A stretch of DNA of 64,000 nt from Eubacteriales bacterium (lineage in GTDB: Bacteria; Bacillota; Clostridia; Oscillospirales; CAG-382): the NCBI GenBank assembly GCA_045604705.1, contig JAZUOO010000030.1, forward strand, positions 28,373 through 92,372, given 5' to 3'. Position 1 is the first letter of the stretch, and every line of letters starts with the position of its first letter. Below, in pieces: positions 56,586-64,000 of the stretch. Position numbers and translations under genes: made by a program. Under the pieces are notes generated by a model. It ran no database searches, was not told where the DNA came from, and was given only the letters and a program-made list of their open reading frames with translations.

Positions 56586-56589
56586 GCTG

Positions 56590-56766
56590 TTACTCTTCCT
56601 TTATGCTGTAGGACAAAAACTCATACACCAGCTCCGTCCCCTCGTCGATACAGTCCGGAAGAAGTGCCCTTGCGACAAGTATTTCATCATTCGAGCCGTC
56701 GTCCGTTCTTGCAAGTACAGCATAATCTCCGTCTATCTTTTTGACTTTGTATTCTGTTCTTTCCAT
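56590..56766 (-). CDS. DUF3006-like small protein (58 aa)
   Basis: Not in the ORF track (<60 aa). GGGTGAAG RBS. MERTEYKVKKIDGDYAVLARTDDGSNDEILVARALLPDCIDEGTELVYEFLSYSIKEE resembles the DUF3006 pattern (x-V-D-R-I-E-G-x-x-A-V-L...LP...EG). Confidence 0.55.
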   Translation of the reverse strand: MERTEYKVKKIDGDYAVLARTDDGSNDEILVARALLPDCIDEGTELVYEFLSYSIKEE

Positions 56767-56777
56767 ATCTTCACCCG

Positions 56778-58595
56778 TTATTTTGTGACCTTAAGTCTTT
56801 TTACAAGCTCCTCGTCCGCTGTAACATAAGCAGTATAGTTTGTTTCATATATTACAAATCCCGGCTTTGAACCCGAGGGCTTTTTTACATTCTTTATTCT
56901 CGTATAATCCACAGGAACTCCGGGCATATCCTTACCCTTAGAGTAGTATGCCGCAATTGTTGCCGCTTCCGTATAATCCTCGGCAGATGGCTCATCCTTG
57001 CCGCAGAACATGACAGTGTGCGATCCCGGCATTCCCTTGACATGAAACCACATATCAAATTTGTCGGCTATCTCGCACGTCAGATAATCGTTCTGCAGGT
57101 TGTTCTTTCCGCAAAGTATCCTGTAACCGCCGCTTGATTTAAATTCCATAAGGTCATAGGTTTTCTTCATCTTCTGCTTTCTTGCGTTCTTCGCCTTTGT
57201 ACGTGTACCGAACATGGATTCAAGCTTCTTTCCGTAGCCGCTTATGGCAAGCTCTTCACGAATTTCGGCAATATCCTTTTCGCCCTCCGCTTTTGTAAGG
57301 CTGTCGAAGATAGTGTCGATGTATTCAAGCTCTTCTCTACCTGCCTTTATCTGTACGGTGAGCTGAATCTCTCTTGTTTTGGCTTTCGTATAGAGCTTAT
57401 AATATTTCTGTGCATTCTGTGCGGGCGTAAGATTTATTTCAAGCGGAACCTCAACTTCTTTACCGTTTCCATCCTCGTCGCACTCATTATAATCAATAAG
57501 CCTTGCTGTGGTATCGCCCTTTTTCAGCATATACATATAAGCGGTAATAAGGTCGCCGTACAGCTTCAACTTATCCCTTTCGGCACACTCTGCAAGATCC
57601 TTTTCCTGAAGTGAAATCTTCTTTGTAATTCTGGCACTTGCTGCCGACAAAAGCCTGAGTACATCCTGACTCTTACGCTTTATACTCTCGTTTCTATCTT
57701 TTTCATAACAGAATTTATCAAGAAGCTCTCCGAAAGAACCACACCTTATACAAAGTGCAGAAAGTCCGTACTGACGTATCTCGCAAAAAGAGTATTCCAT
57801 AGGTCTCTTGTCCTTGTCGTAAAGGATATACGGTTCAAAATCTCCGTTCGCCACCTTGCCGTAAATCTCACCAAAATAGAACCACAGCTTTTCACGGTCA
57901 ACATCCGCAAGTCTGTAGGTGGTCTGCTTTGTCGCTCTGAAAGAAATCTCCCTTGCAATAAGCGGCGAAAGCCCTCTGTAGTTGGAAATAAGATACTTGT
58001 CAACCGCATTCTCGCCGAAGCCTTCGGAAATATCTTTTGTGAGCTTTTCGAGAAATTCCTCTTTTGTAACTGCAAGAGTATCAAGCTTACCCTCCTGCAC
58101 CGGCGGCAGCTCATAGGGAAATCCGGGAAGTATCTGTCTTTTCGCCTTAACAGACAAATCCACATATCTTATCGCAGACAAAACACGCCTTTGTTCATCA
58201 AGCAATATTATATTGCTGTAGGTACCCATTATCTCCACAATAAGCGATTTTTCAGACTTAAAGCCCATCTCATCGTGGGAGCTGATACCTATTTCAACGG
58301 CTCTTTCAAATCCGAGCTGTTTTACAAACATTATATGACCGCCTACAAGATGCTTACGAAGAAGCATACAGAACATGGGCGGTTCTGCGGGATTTTCCCT
58401 GTCATTCACGGTAAAACCAAAGCGTGACATTCCCGCAACAGCCGACAAAAGCAGCTTTTTATTTTCCCCCCCGCATTTCAGAGAAAGTACGACTATGTCC
58501 CTCTCGGGCTGGTATATTTTATCTATTCTTGCACCTGTCGCAATATCGGATATTTCCTTTGTTACTGCGGCGGTGAGTCCTGCATCAAATGGCAT
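56778..58595 (-). CDS. rqcH: ribosome quality control factor RqcH (NFACT / FbpA family)
   Basis: ATG 58595 after GGAGGG. NFACT-N start MPFDAGLTAAVTKEISD...RIDKIYQPERDIVVLSL, coiled-coil middle, C-terminal NFACT-R (WFHVKGMPGSHTV). Confidence 0.85.
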   Translation of the reverse strand: MPFDAGLTAAVTKEISDIATGARIDKIYQPERDIVVLSLKCGGENKKLLLSAVAGMSRFGFTVNDRENPAEPPMFCMLLRKHLVGGHIMFVKQLGFERAVEIGISSHDEMGFKSEKSLIVEIMGTYSNIILLDEQRRVLSAIRYVDLSVKAKRQILPGFPYELPPVQEGKLDTLAVTKEEFLEKLTKDISEGFGENAVDKYLISNYRGLSPLIAREISFRATKQTTYRLADVDREKLWFYFGEIYGKVANGDFEPYILYDKDKRPMEYSFCEIRQYGLSALCIRCGSFGELLDKFCYEKDRNESIKRKSQDVLRLLSAASARITKKISLQEKDLAECAERDKLKLYGDLITAYMYMLKKGDTTARLIDYNECDEDGNGKEVEVPLEINLTPAQNAQKYYKLYTKAKTREIQLTVQIKAGREELEYIDTIFDSLTKAEGEKDIAEIREELAISGYGKKLESMFGTRTKAKNARKQKMKKTYDLMEFKSSGGYRILCGKNNLQNDYLTCEIADKFDMWFHVKGMPGSHTVMFCGKDEPSAEDYTEAATIAAYYSKGKDMPGVPVDYTRIKNVKKPSGSKPGFVIYETNYTAYVTADEELVKRLKVTK

Positions 58596-58686
58596 TTTAT
58601 CCCTCCGGGAAATGCAAAATGCACCAAGAATCCTCATTCTTCAAAGATTACTTGTCATCTTATAAGTGCAAAATGCAAAATTATTT

Positions 58687-59442
58687 TTATACTGTGAAAA
58701 AGGGACTTCCGACATCGTAGAAAGAGAATGCAACATAGGGAAACTCGGTTTGGAGTCTTTCGCACAGCTTTTTGGCGGCAGGGTTTTCGGTGTGGTAGTG
58801 ACCTGCGTCAAATACTGCAATACCGGATGTTTTAGCTTCTCTGAAAGTTTCATGTGAGAAGTCTGCACTGACATAGGCATCTGAGACTGTGGCAGCCTCG
58901 GCGAGGAAATCTTTGCCTGCACCGCCGCATACGGATACTTTTTTGATTTTTGCGTTCTTTTCAAAATATGTTTTCATTGTTCCACAGTCAAGCTTTATGC
59001 GGAGATAGTCCGCAAACTCACTGCCTGTCATTTCCTTGTCAAGCTCGCCGACACGCAGGAATGTTCCGTTGTCCGTAATGCTCGTAAGTCCGAGAGTCTC
59101 GGCAAGAATATCATTTACGCCGTTCTTCGCCTTGTCAAATCTTGTGTGATAAGACAGCACTGATATACCGTTTTTCATAAGCAGCTCTATTTCCGAGAAC
59201 TTTTCGCCTTTTATATTCGGCATAGGTCTGAAAATAAAGGGGTGGTGGGTAATTATAAGCTCTGCACCGATTTCTGCTGCATATTTTACGGCATCCGTGT
59301 TTATTTCAAGGCATACGACAGTCTTTTTCACTTCGTTATCTGGATTTTTGCAAAACATTATTCCGTCGTTGTCCCAAGGCTCGGAAAGCTCCCTTGCGGC
59401 AAAGGCGGATATATAGTTGTCTATATCTTTTATAGTAATCAT
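58687..59442 (-). CDS. Nif3-like dinuclear metal centre protein
   Basis: ELIITHHPFIF motif, C-terminal GHYHTE. Conserved position after trmK. Confidence 0.85.
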   Translation of the reverse strand: MITIKDIDNYISAFAARELSEPWDNDGIMFCKNPDNEVKKTVVCLEINTDAVKYAAEIGAELIITHHPFIFRPMPNIKGEKFSEIELLMKNGISVLSYHTRFDKAKNGVNDILAETLGLTSITDNGTFLRVGELDKEMTGSEFADYLRIKLDCGTMKTYFEKNAKIKKVSVCGGAGKDFLAEAATVSDAYVSADFSHETFREAKTSGIAVFDAGHYHTENPAAKKLCERLQTEFPYVAFSFYDVGSPFFTV

Positions 59443-59453
59443 ATTTACCCCTT

Positions 59454-60206
59454 TTATTTTAAGGACATAAGAAGCTCCGACAGCTCCCTTTCAAGAATCC
59501 TGTCCGCTTCCGACACCTGCGGCTGACGAAGAAGATTCTTTGCATGAACGAGCTTTCTCTCACAAAGCTCCAAGAGCAGCTCGCCGCCCTTTTGTATGTT
59601 TTTGCGCCCCAGCATAAGCTCCGATTGGGAATACTCATATTTTTCGCCGGTATACTCCGCACACATAACAGTATATATTCTGCCGCTGTCACGGACAAGC
59701 CTTTCATCCTCGATAAGAAATCCGTTTTCTGAAAGCCAAAGTCTCAATTCAAGCTCACTTGACATTGGCTGAAGAATGAATTTTACTCCGTTTTTCCAAA
59801 ATTCCTTTGCCCTCTCCAGAATGCCTGATATGACCTCGCCGCCCATTCCACAGATTATAATGTGGGTTATCCCCTTGTTTTCTATTCCCGAGAGTCCGTC
59901 ACCAAGTCTTATGTTTATCTTTTCCGACAGAGCAAATCCTCTTGTATCACGGTTTGCTATATTCTTTCTCGCAATACTTATCGGCTTTTCGTTTATATCC
60001 GAGGCATAGACAAAATCGCATATTCCCTTTTCAATAAGGTATATGGACAAATATCCGTGGTCACAGCCTATATCGGCACAGATTTTTCTGCCGCAAGAGT
60101 CCACCGCAGACGAAACGGCGACATATTCTGCCGCCGCCAAAAGTCTTTTTCCGACACGGATTTTTTGGTCTATGCCGCCTTTATTACTTACTCTTGATGT
60201 GCTCAT
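59454..60206 (-). CDS. trmK: tRNA (adenine22-N1)-methyltransferase TrmK
   Basis: ADIGCDHGYLSIYL, ASDINEKPI, ICGMGG motifs. The start at 60206 overlaps the upstream gene by 23 nt, so the exact start is uncertain. Confidence 0.78.
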   Translation of the reverse strand: MSTSRVSNKGGIDQKIRVGKRLLAAAEYVAVSSAVDSCGRKICADIGCDHGYLSIYLIEKGICDFVYASDINEKPISIARKNIANRDTRGFALSEKINIRLGDGLSGIENKGITHIIICGMGGEVISGILERAKEFWKNGVKFILQPMSSELELRLWLSENGFLIEDERLVRDSGRIYTVMCAEYTGEKYEYSQSELMLGRKNIQKGGELLLELCERKLVHAKNLLRQPQVSEADRILERELSELLMSLK

Positions 60207-60387
60207 TGAGCTTTCTTACAAGTTCATCTGCATCGGTACCGTGAACATTGCACGCCTCTTCGATTGTTTCACCTCTTGAGCAGGGGCATCCCAGGCAGTG
60301 CATACCGATTTCGAGAAAATAGGGTGCGCAGTCTTCGTGAGCGTCAAGGATATCGCCGATTATTGTTTCTTTTGTTACTTCTGTCAT
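60184..60387 (-). CDS. DUF1858 (hybrid-cluster-protein-associated redox disulfide) domain protein
   Basis: TIIGDILDAHEDCAPYFLEIGMHCLGCPCSRGETIEEACNVHG is the typical DUF1858 C-x-G-C core. Confidence 0.75.
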   Translation of the reverse strand: MTEVTKETIIGDILDAHEDCAPYFLEIGMHCLGCPCSRGETIEEACNVHGTDADELVRKLNEHIKSK

Positions 60388-60424
60388 TTTAAAATACGTC
60401 CTTTCAAAAATATATCACCCGTAT

Positions 60425-60453
60425 ATTATACACCGTTTTTTTTAATAAATCAA
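60425..60453 (-). promoter_or_regulatory. promoter of the DUF1858-trmK-nif3 unit
   Basis: The minus strand reads TTGATT-17 nt-(TG)TATAAT. Confidence 0.62.
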
Positions 60454-60506
60454 CGCAATTTTACGGGATATATAAACATAAAGTAAATTTTCCTGAATTT
60501 AAGCTG

Positions 60507-61013
60507 TCACACTGATGGTCTGTTCACAATAAAAACAATGCCGATTATAACAAAGAATATACCCAAACCTGCGGCACACATCCCCGCATACAGCTTCCCA
60601 TTTCTGTCAAGCTCGTAATTCGGAACGGCATCATAAGGATTATTTACGGGAACTCTTATTTCAAATCTTCCCTCTTTGCTCGCCGCAGCGAATGCCGTCA
60701 TAGTTTCCTCTCCGAAAGACATTTTTGACTTAACGTTATATTCTCTTCCCTCATATTTAAAAGCAAGTGTCGGAAAATATTCCGTCTTTTTTGACAGCTT
60801 GACATGGCTGACCTTTTTGTCCCAATTTGCAACCTTGCCGGAAACGATGGTGTACTTTGTCTTTCTCATATGAAGATGTGTGGCAATCTTTTTTATACCG
60901 CTTAAAAGAAAGCACAGACCGATAATTATAAGTATCGTCCCCGATATTCTGCCGGAGCGTTCGAGGTATCTTGTGTAGTGGAGATGCTGAATCCTTTTGA
61001 ATACTGTACTCAT
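60507..61013 (-). CDS. DUF3592-like membrane protein (TM, beta-rich domain, TM)
   Basis: GGGAG RBS. Two flanking hydrophobic helices around a ~90-aa soluble segment (VSGKVANWDKK...YFPTLAFKYEGREY), as in DUF3592. Confidence 0.55.
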   Translation of the reverse strand: MSTVFKRIQHLHYTRYLERSGRISGTILIIIGLCFLLSGIKKIATHLHMRKTKYTIVSGKVANWDKKVSHVKLSKKTEYFPTLAFKYEGREYNVKSKMSFGEETMTAFAAASKEGRFEIRVPVNNPYDAVPNYELDRNGKLYAGMCAAGLGIFFVIIGIVFIVNRPSV

Positions 61014-61175
61014 TGTAATCTCCCATTTTTATGTGTTGAATTTATGGGAATATTATATCGGGTTTTGGGTGGTTTGTCAATAGGGTGTTTTGGGATATTG
61101 GGAGTATGACAGATATTATGGCTTATTATTTCATTATTTATTACTGTTCATCTTATGCAGGTTAACAAATCCCCC

Positions 61176-61204
61176 TTGACATTATACCAAACTTGTGGTA
61201 TTAT
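61176..61204 (+). promoter_or_regulatory. promoter of the ruvC-ruvA-ruvB unit
   Basis: TTGACA-17 nt-(TGG)TATTAT. Confidence 0.62.
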
Positions 61205-61266
61205 ATTATAATGGAGTAATAAAATAGCCTAAGTATTCCATAATGAACCCAAAGGAGGAATCTGCC

Positions 61267-61761
61267 ATGGTAATACTCGGAATAGACCCGGGACTTGCAA
61301 CCGTCGGCTTCGGCGTGTTGGATTATGTCGCAGGCTCCTTTAAAGTCATAGATTACGGTGCGGTTCTGACACCTGCGGGAATGCCTCTTGAGGAAAGACT
61401 TCTTGAAATATACCGCGGCATAACAGAGCTTTGCGAGACCTACAAGCCACAAGCCGTATCAATAGAAGAACTGTTCTTCAACGATAACAGAAAAACCGCT
61501 GTAACCGTCTGTGAAGCAAGAGGCGTAATTCTCCTTGCCGCCCACAAATGCGGAGTTCCGATTTTTGAGTACACGCCATTGCAGGTAAAGCAGGCGGTGA
61601 CAGGCTACGGCAGAGCGGAAAAGCAGCAGATACAGTATATGGTCACAAACATATTGAAGCTTCGTGAAGTCCCGAAGCCCGATGATACGGCGGACGCACT
61701 GGCGATGGCTATTTGTCATGGATATTCGCAGAGTAGCCTGCTGTTTGGAATTAAGAATTAA
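61267..61761 (+). CDS. ruvC: crossover junction endodeoxyribonuclease RuvC
   Basis: AAAGGAGG RBS 8 nt before ATG 61267. ILGIDPGLATVGFGV, SIEELFF, DTADALAMAICH catalytic D/E/D/D pattern. Confidence 0.9.
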   Translation: MVILGIDPGLATVGFGVLDYVAGSFKVIDYGAVLTPAGMPLEERLLEIYRGITELCETYKPQAVSIEELFFNDNRKTAVTVCEARGVILLAAHKCGVPIFEYTPLQVKQAVTGYGRAEKQQIQYMVTNILKLREVPKPDDTADALAMAICHGYSQSSLLFGIKN

Positions 61762-61785
61762 TAATTTGGAATTAAAGGAAAGAGT

Positions 61786-62421
61786 ATGTATTATTATTTG
61801 AATGGTACGCTTGCGGAATTGTCCGTAAACATGGCGGTGATTGACTGCGGCGGTGTGGGATATCTTCTGACTATCAGCGGTACAACATATGATGCACTTG
61901 TGAAAAAGGGAGGCATGACGGCTTCCGGTGAGGCATCGGGTGTTAAAACAAAATTGTATACCTATCAGGCTGTGCGTGAGGATGCTATAGAGCTGTTTGG
62001 ATTTTATTCCATGAATGAATGTAATCTGTTTAAGCTCCTTATCACCGTTTCGGGTGTTGGTCCAAAGGCGGCTATGGCGATACTTTCGGCACTTTCGGTC
62101 GAGAGCTTTGTTGCGGCTTGTGCCCAAAATGATGCAAAGGCTATCTCCCGCGCAAACGGCGTGGGGCTCAAGACTGCACAGAAGATTATTCTCGAGCTCA
62201 AGGACAAGGTCGCCAAAGGCTTTGATATGTCGGGCGATGTTCTCGACAGCGTATCTCCGTCGGGGAACGCTTATGTGCCGTCTTCCATTACAGGTGAGGC
62301 AATTGATGCACTTTGTGTGCTTGGGTATACTACTGCTGAAGCAACTAAAGCTGTAAAAGCTTGTAACGGGACAACTGTTGAAGATATTATCAGACAAGCG
62401 CTGGCGCTTTTGATGAAATAG
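61786..62421 (+). CDS. ruvA: Holliday junction branch migration complex subunit RuvA
   Basis: N-terminal OB (YLNGTL...VIDCGGVGY), two HhH motifs (VSGVGPKAAMAIL; ANGVGLKTAQKIILEL), C-terminal domain III. Confidence 0.9.
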   Translation: MYYYLNGTLAELSVNMAVIDCGGVGYLLTISGTTYDALVKKGGMTASGEASGVKTKLYTYQAVREDAIELFGFYSMNECNLFKLLITVSGVGPKAAMAILSALSVESFVAACAQNDAKAISRANGVGLKTAQKIILELKDKVAKGFDMSGDVLDSVSPSGNAYVPSSITGEAIDALCVLGYTTAEATKAVKACNGTTVEDIIRQALALLMK

Positions 62422-62447
62422 TTTTTACAGTGGAGAGGATATAGAAT

Positions 62448-63194
62448 ATGTATGAATTCTTAATGGTTTTTGTTTTTTTGGCTATATACTTTGTCATTAT
62501 GATAAAATGGAACAAACGAAGCAATTGCGACAGAATCTCTATAAAGGATAAAAATAAATTAGATATAAATGCTCACATTACCGATATCAAGAGACATACT
62601 GTTGGCTCTCCCATGGGAGCAAGATGGCGCACTATAGTATCTTTCAGTGATGGTTTTACATTTATAACACATGTTACAGAATATAAGGACATATTGACCG
62701 GCTACCTATACTATATTTCAAAAAACGTGGAAAAGCAAATTGTACTCGCAGCTTTAACAGCCCACAAAGTCGCTATACAACAAAACAACGGAGTTGATGT
62801 CAAAGTTCCTAATACCATATTCGATTCTGAATACTATGCCCTTTATCTTCAAGAACAAAAGCGAGAAGAGAATTTTCTTGTTTATATATACAGTCCTAAA
62901 GACCGTGAACTCATACAAAAAGCACAAACTATTGACACAAACAAATACCCCGTAGAAAAGTTTTCTCATGATGGGTGTTATTACGGCTTTAATATGTATA
63001 AAAACGGCGAAGACCAAGTTGTGTATTGCAGTTATAATGAATGGTGTGAAAAAATGTTTTGGATTGAACAAAACATCAAAAAAATCGATAGAAAAAATCG
63101 AATAAAAGCAATATTAATTAACATTGTCTTCCTCATCCTTGTGATAGGAGCATTGATGTTTATGATGTACGCAAAAAAATACATACAATCATGA
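62448..63194 (+). CDS. AT-rich orphan protein with N- and C-terminal transmembrane helices, unknown function
   Basis: GGAGAGGA RBS. Intact 248-codon frame. TM helices at both ends. Lines counted here are 25-27% GC versus 55% in a ruvA line. Confidence 0.6.
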   Translation: MYEFLMVFVFLAIYFVIMIKWNKRSNCDRISIKDKNKLDINAHITDIKRHTVGSPMGARWRTIVSFSDGFTFITHVTEYKDILTGYLYYISKNVEKQIVLAALTAHKVAIQQNNGVDVKVPNTIFDSEYYALYLQEQKREENFLVYIYSPKDRELIQKAQTIDTNKYPVEKFSHDGCYYGFNMYKNGEDQVVYCSYNEWCEKMFWIEQNIKKIDRKNRIKAILINIVFLILVIGALMFMMYAKKYIQS

Positions 63195-63274
63195 TCCTTT
63201 AGCACAAAATTAACAACAATATTCAACAATTTATATCGCAGAATATTAAACAGATTCATCGGAGGAACAAAAAA

Positions 63275-64000
63275 TTGATAAAGAGCAGCAAACCTCATTA
63301 CGACGACGAAGATTTCGATTTTGAAAGCAGAATAGTGTCCTCCGAGCTTTTAGGTGAGGACGGAGCCGAGGGCGGTGACAATGAAAATGCATTGCGCCCG
63401 AAAAGTCTTTCGGAATACGTCGGTCAGGAAAAGGTAAAGGAAAAACTGAATATATCCATGCAGGCGGCAAGAATGAGAGGAGAAGGTCTTGACCATATTC
63501 TTCTTCACGGACCGCCCGGACTTGGTAAAACTACGCTTGCCACGATTATTGCGGCGGAAATGGGCGTTAATATAAGAATAACATCCGGTCCCGCTATTGA
63601 AAAGCAGGGCGACCTTGCTGCACTTCTTACCAACCTCGGCGACGGCGATATTTTGTTTATTGACGAAATACACCGGCTTTCACGCCAGATTGAGGAAATA
63701 CTCTACCCTGCCATGGAAGACTTTAATCTGGATATAATCATGGGTAAAGGTCCAAGTGCCCGAAGCATCAGACTGCCTCTTAAAAAGTTCACGCTTATAG
63801 GTGCAACAACAAGAGCAGGTCAGCTAACATCGCCTCTGCGTGACAGATTCGGTCATCTTTTAAGACTTGAATTATATACTGATGAAGAGCTTTGCGGCAT
63901 AGTCTCTCGAAGTGCACAAATTCTCGGAATAGACGCAGAATACGACGGAGCAATGGAAATCGCAAAGCGTTCAAGGGGTACACCCAGAATTGCAAACAGA
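63275..64000 (+). CDS. ruvB: Holliday junction branch migration DNA helicase RuvB (3' end outside window)
   Basis: TTG start 8 nt after [34 protein letters not shown] Walker [11 protein letters not shown] Walker B, GATTRAG sensor, RGTPRIANR. Confidence 0.92.
   Translation, partial: MIKSSKPHYDDEDFDFESRIVSSELLGEDGAEGGDNENALRPKSLSEYVGQEKVKEKLNISMQAARMRGEGLDHILLHGPPGLGKTTLATIIAAEMGVNIRITSGPAIEKQGDLAALLTNLGDGDILFIDEIHRLSRQIEEILYPAMEDFNLDIIMGKGPSARSIRLPLKKFTLIGATTRAGQLTSPLRDRFGHLLRLELYTDEELCGIVSRSAQILGIDAEYDGAMEIAKRSRGTPRIANR

Noticed and set aside
56383-56829. 148-aa plus-strand ORF in the repeat-rich spacer
   Set aside because: It has a TTG start and no RBS, and its 3' half is antisense to the DUF3006-like gene and the rqcH 3' end.
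61459-62397. 312-aa minus-strand ORF across ruvC/ruvA
   Set aside because: It is antisense to two canonical genes that have good RBSs. No signals support it.

Overview
This window is a 64-kb chromosomal segment from an endospore-forming Firmicute. The gene content and signals look Clostridia-like: spoIIR, an alpha/beta-type SASP, AddAB, RNase J, RqcH, AGGAGG-type ribosome-binding sites and many TTGACA-17-TATAAT promoters with TG extensions. I call about 57 protein genes, one tRNA-Arg(CCU), one TPP riboswitch, one short esterase gene remnant and a set of promoters and terminators.

Most of the content is core housekeeping:
- nagA, metG, tatD, ispE, spoIIR, addB-addA
- recA-recX with a Cheo-type SOS box, and murA
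- the conserved rimP-nusA-ylxR-ylxQ-infB-rbfA operon
- rnj, secA, trmK-nif3, rqcH, ruvC-ruvA-(insert)-ruvB

I found no CRISPR array, IS element, transposase, integrase, phage module or recognisable multi-gene defence system, so I cannot point to one clear-cut novel system.

The most accessory-like stretch is about 46.3-53.1 kb. It runs tRNA-Arg, MATE, VanY-type peptidase, SASP, second MATE, then a decayed AT-rich orphan region, with unusually long AT-rich spacers.

Observations most worth follow-up:
1. A duplicated noncoding segment carrying a conserved ATTTAC-N10/11-GTAAAT palindrome brackets the second MATE gene and the orphan ORF.
2. Inverted arrays of GCACAAT heptamers flank a 200-nt palindrome-rich spacer upstream of a DEDDh exonuclease gene.
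3. A very AT-rich orphan membrane gene is inserted between ruvA and ruvB.
4. A translationally coupled YycH/YycI-like membrane-anchored pair is appended to the infB-rbfA operon with no WalRK nearby.
5. A YhaN/SbcC-like ATPase has no nuclease partner and sits behind rnj and a double-DnaD-domain gene.
6. A 10-bp anti-SD/SD helix sits in front of spoIIR.
7. A terminator-shaped hairpin lies in the rimP-nusA leader.

All functional calls come from motif recognition by eye, with no database search.
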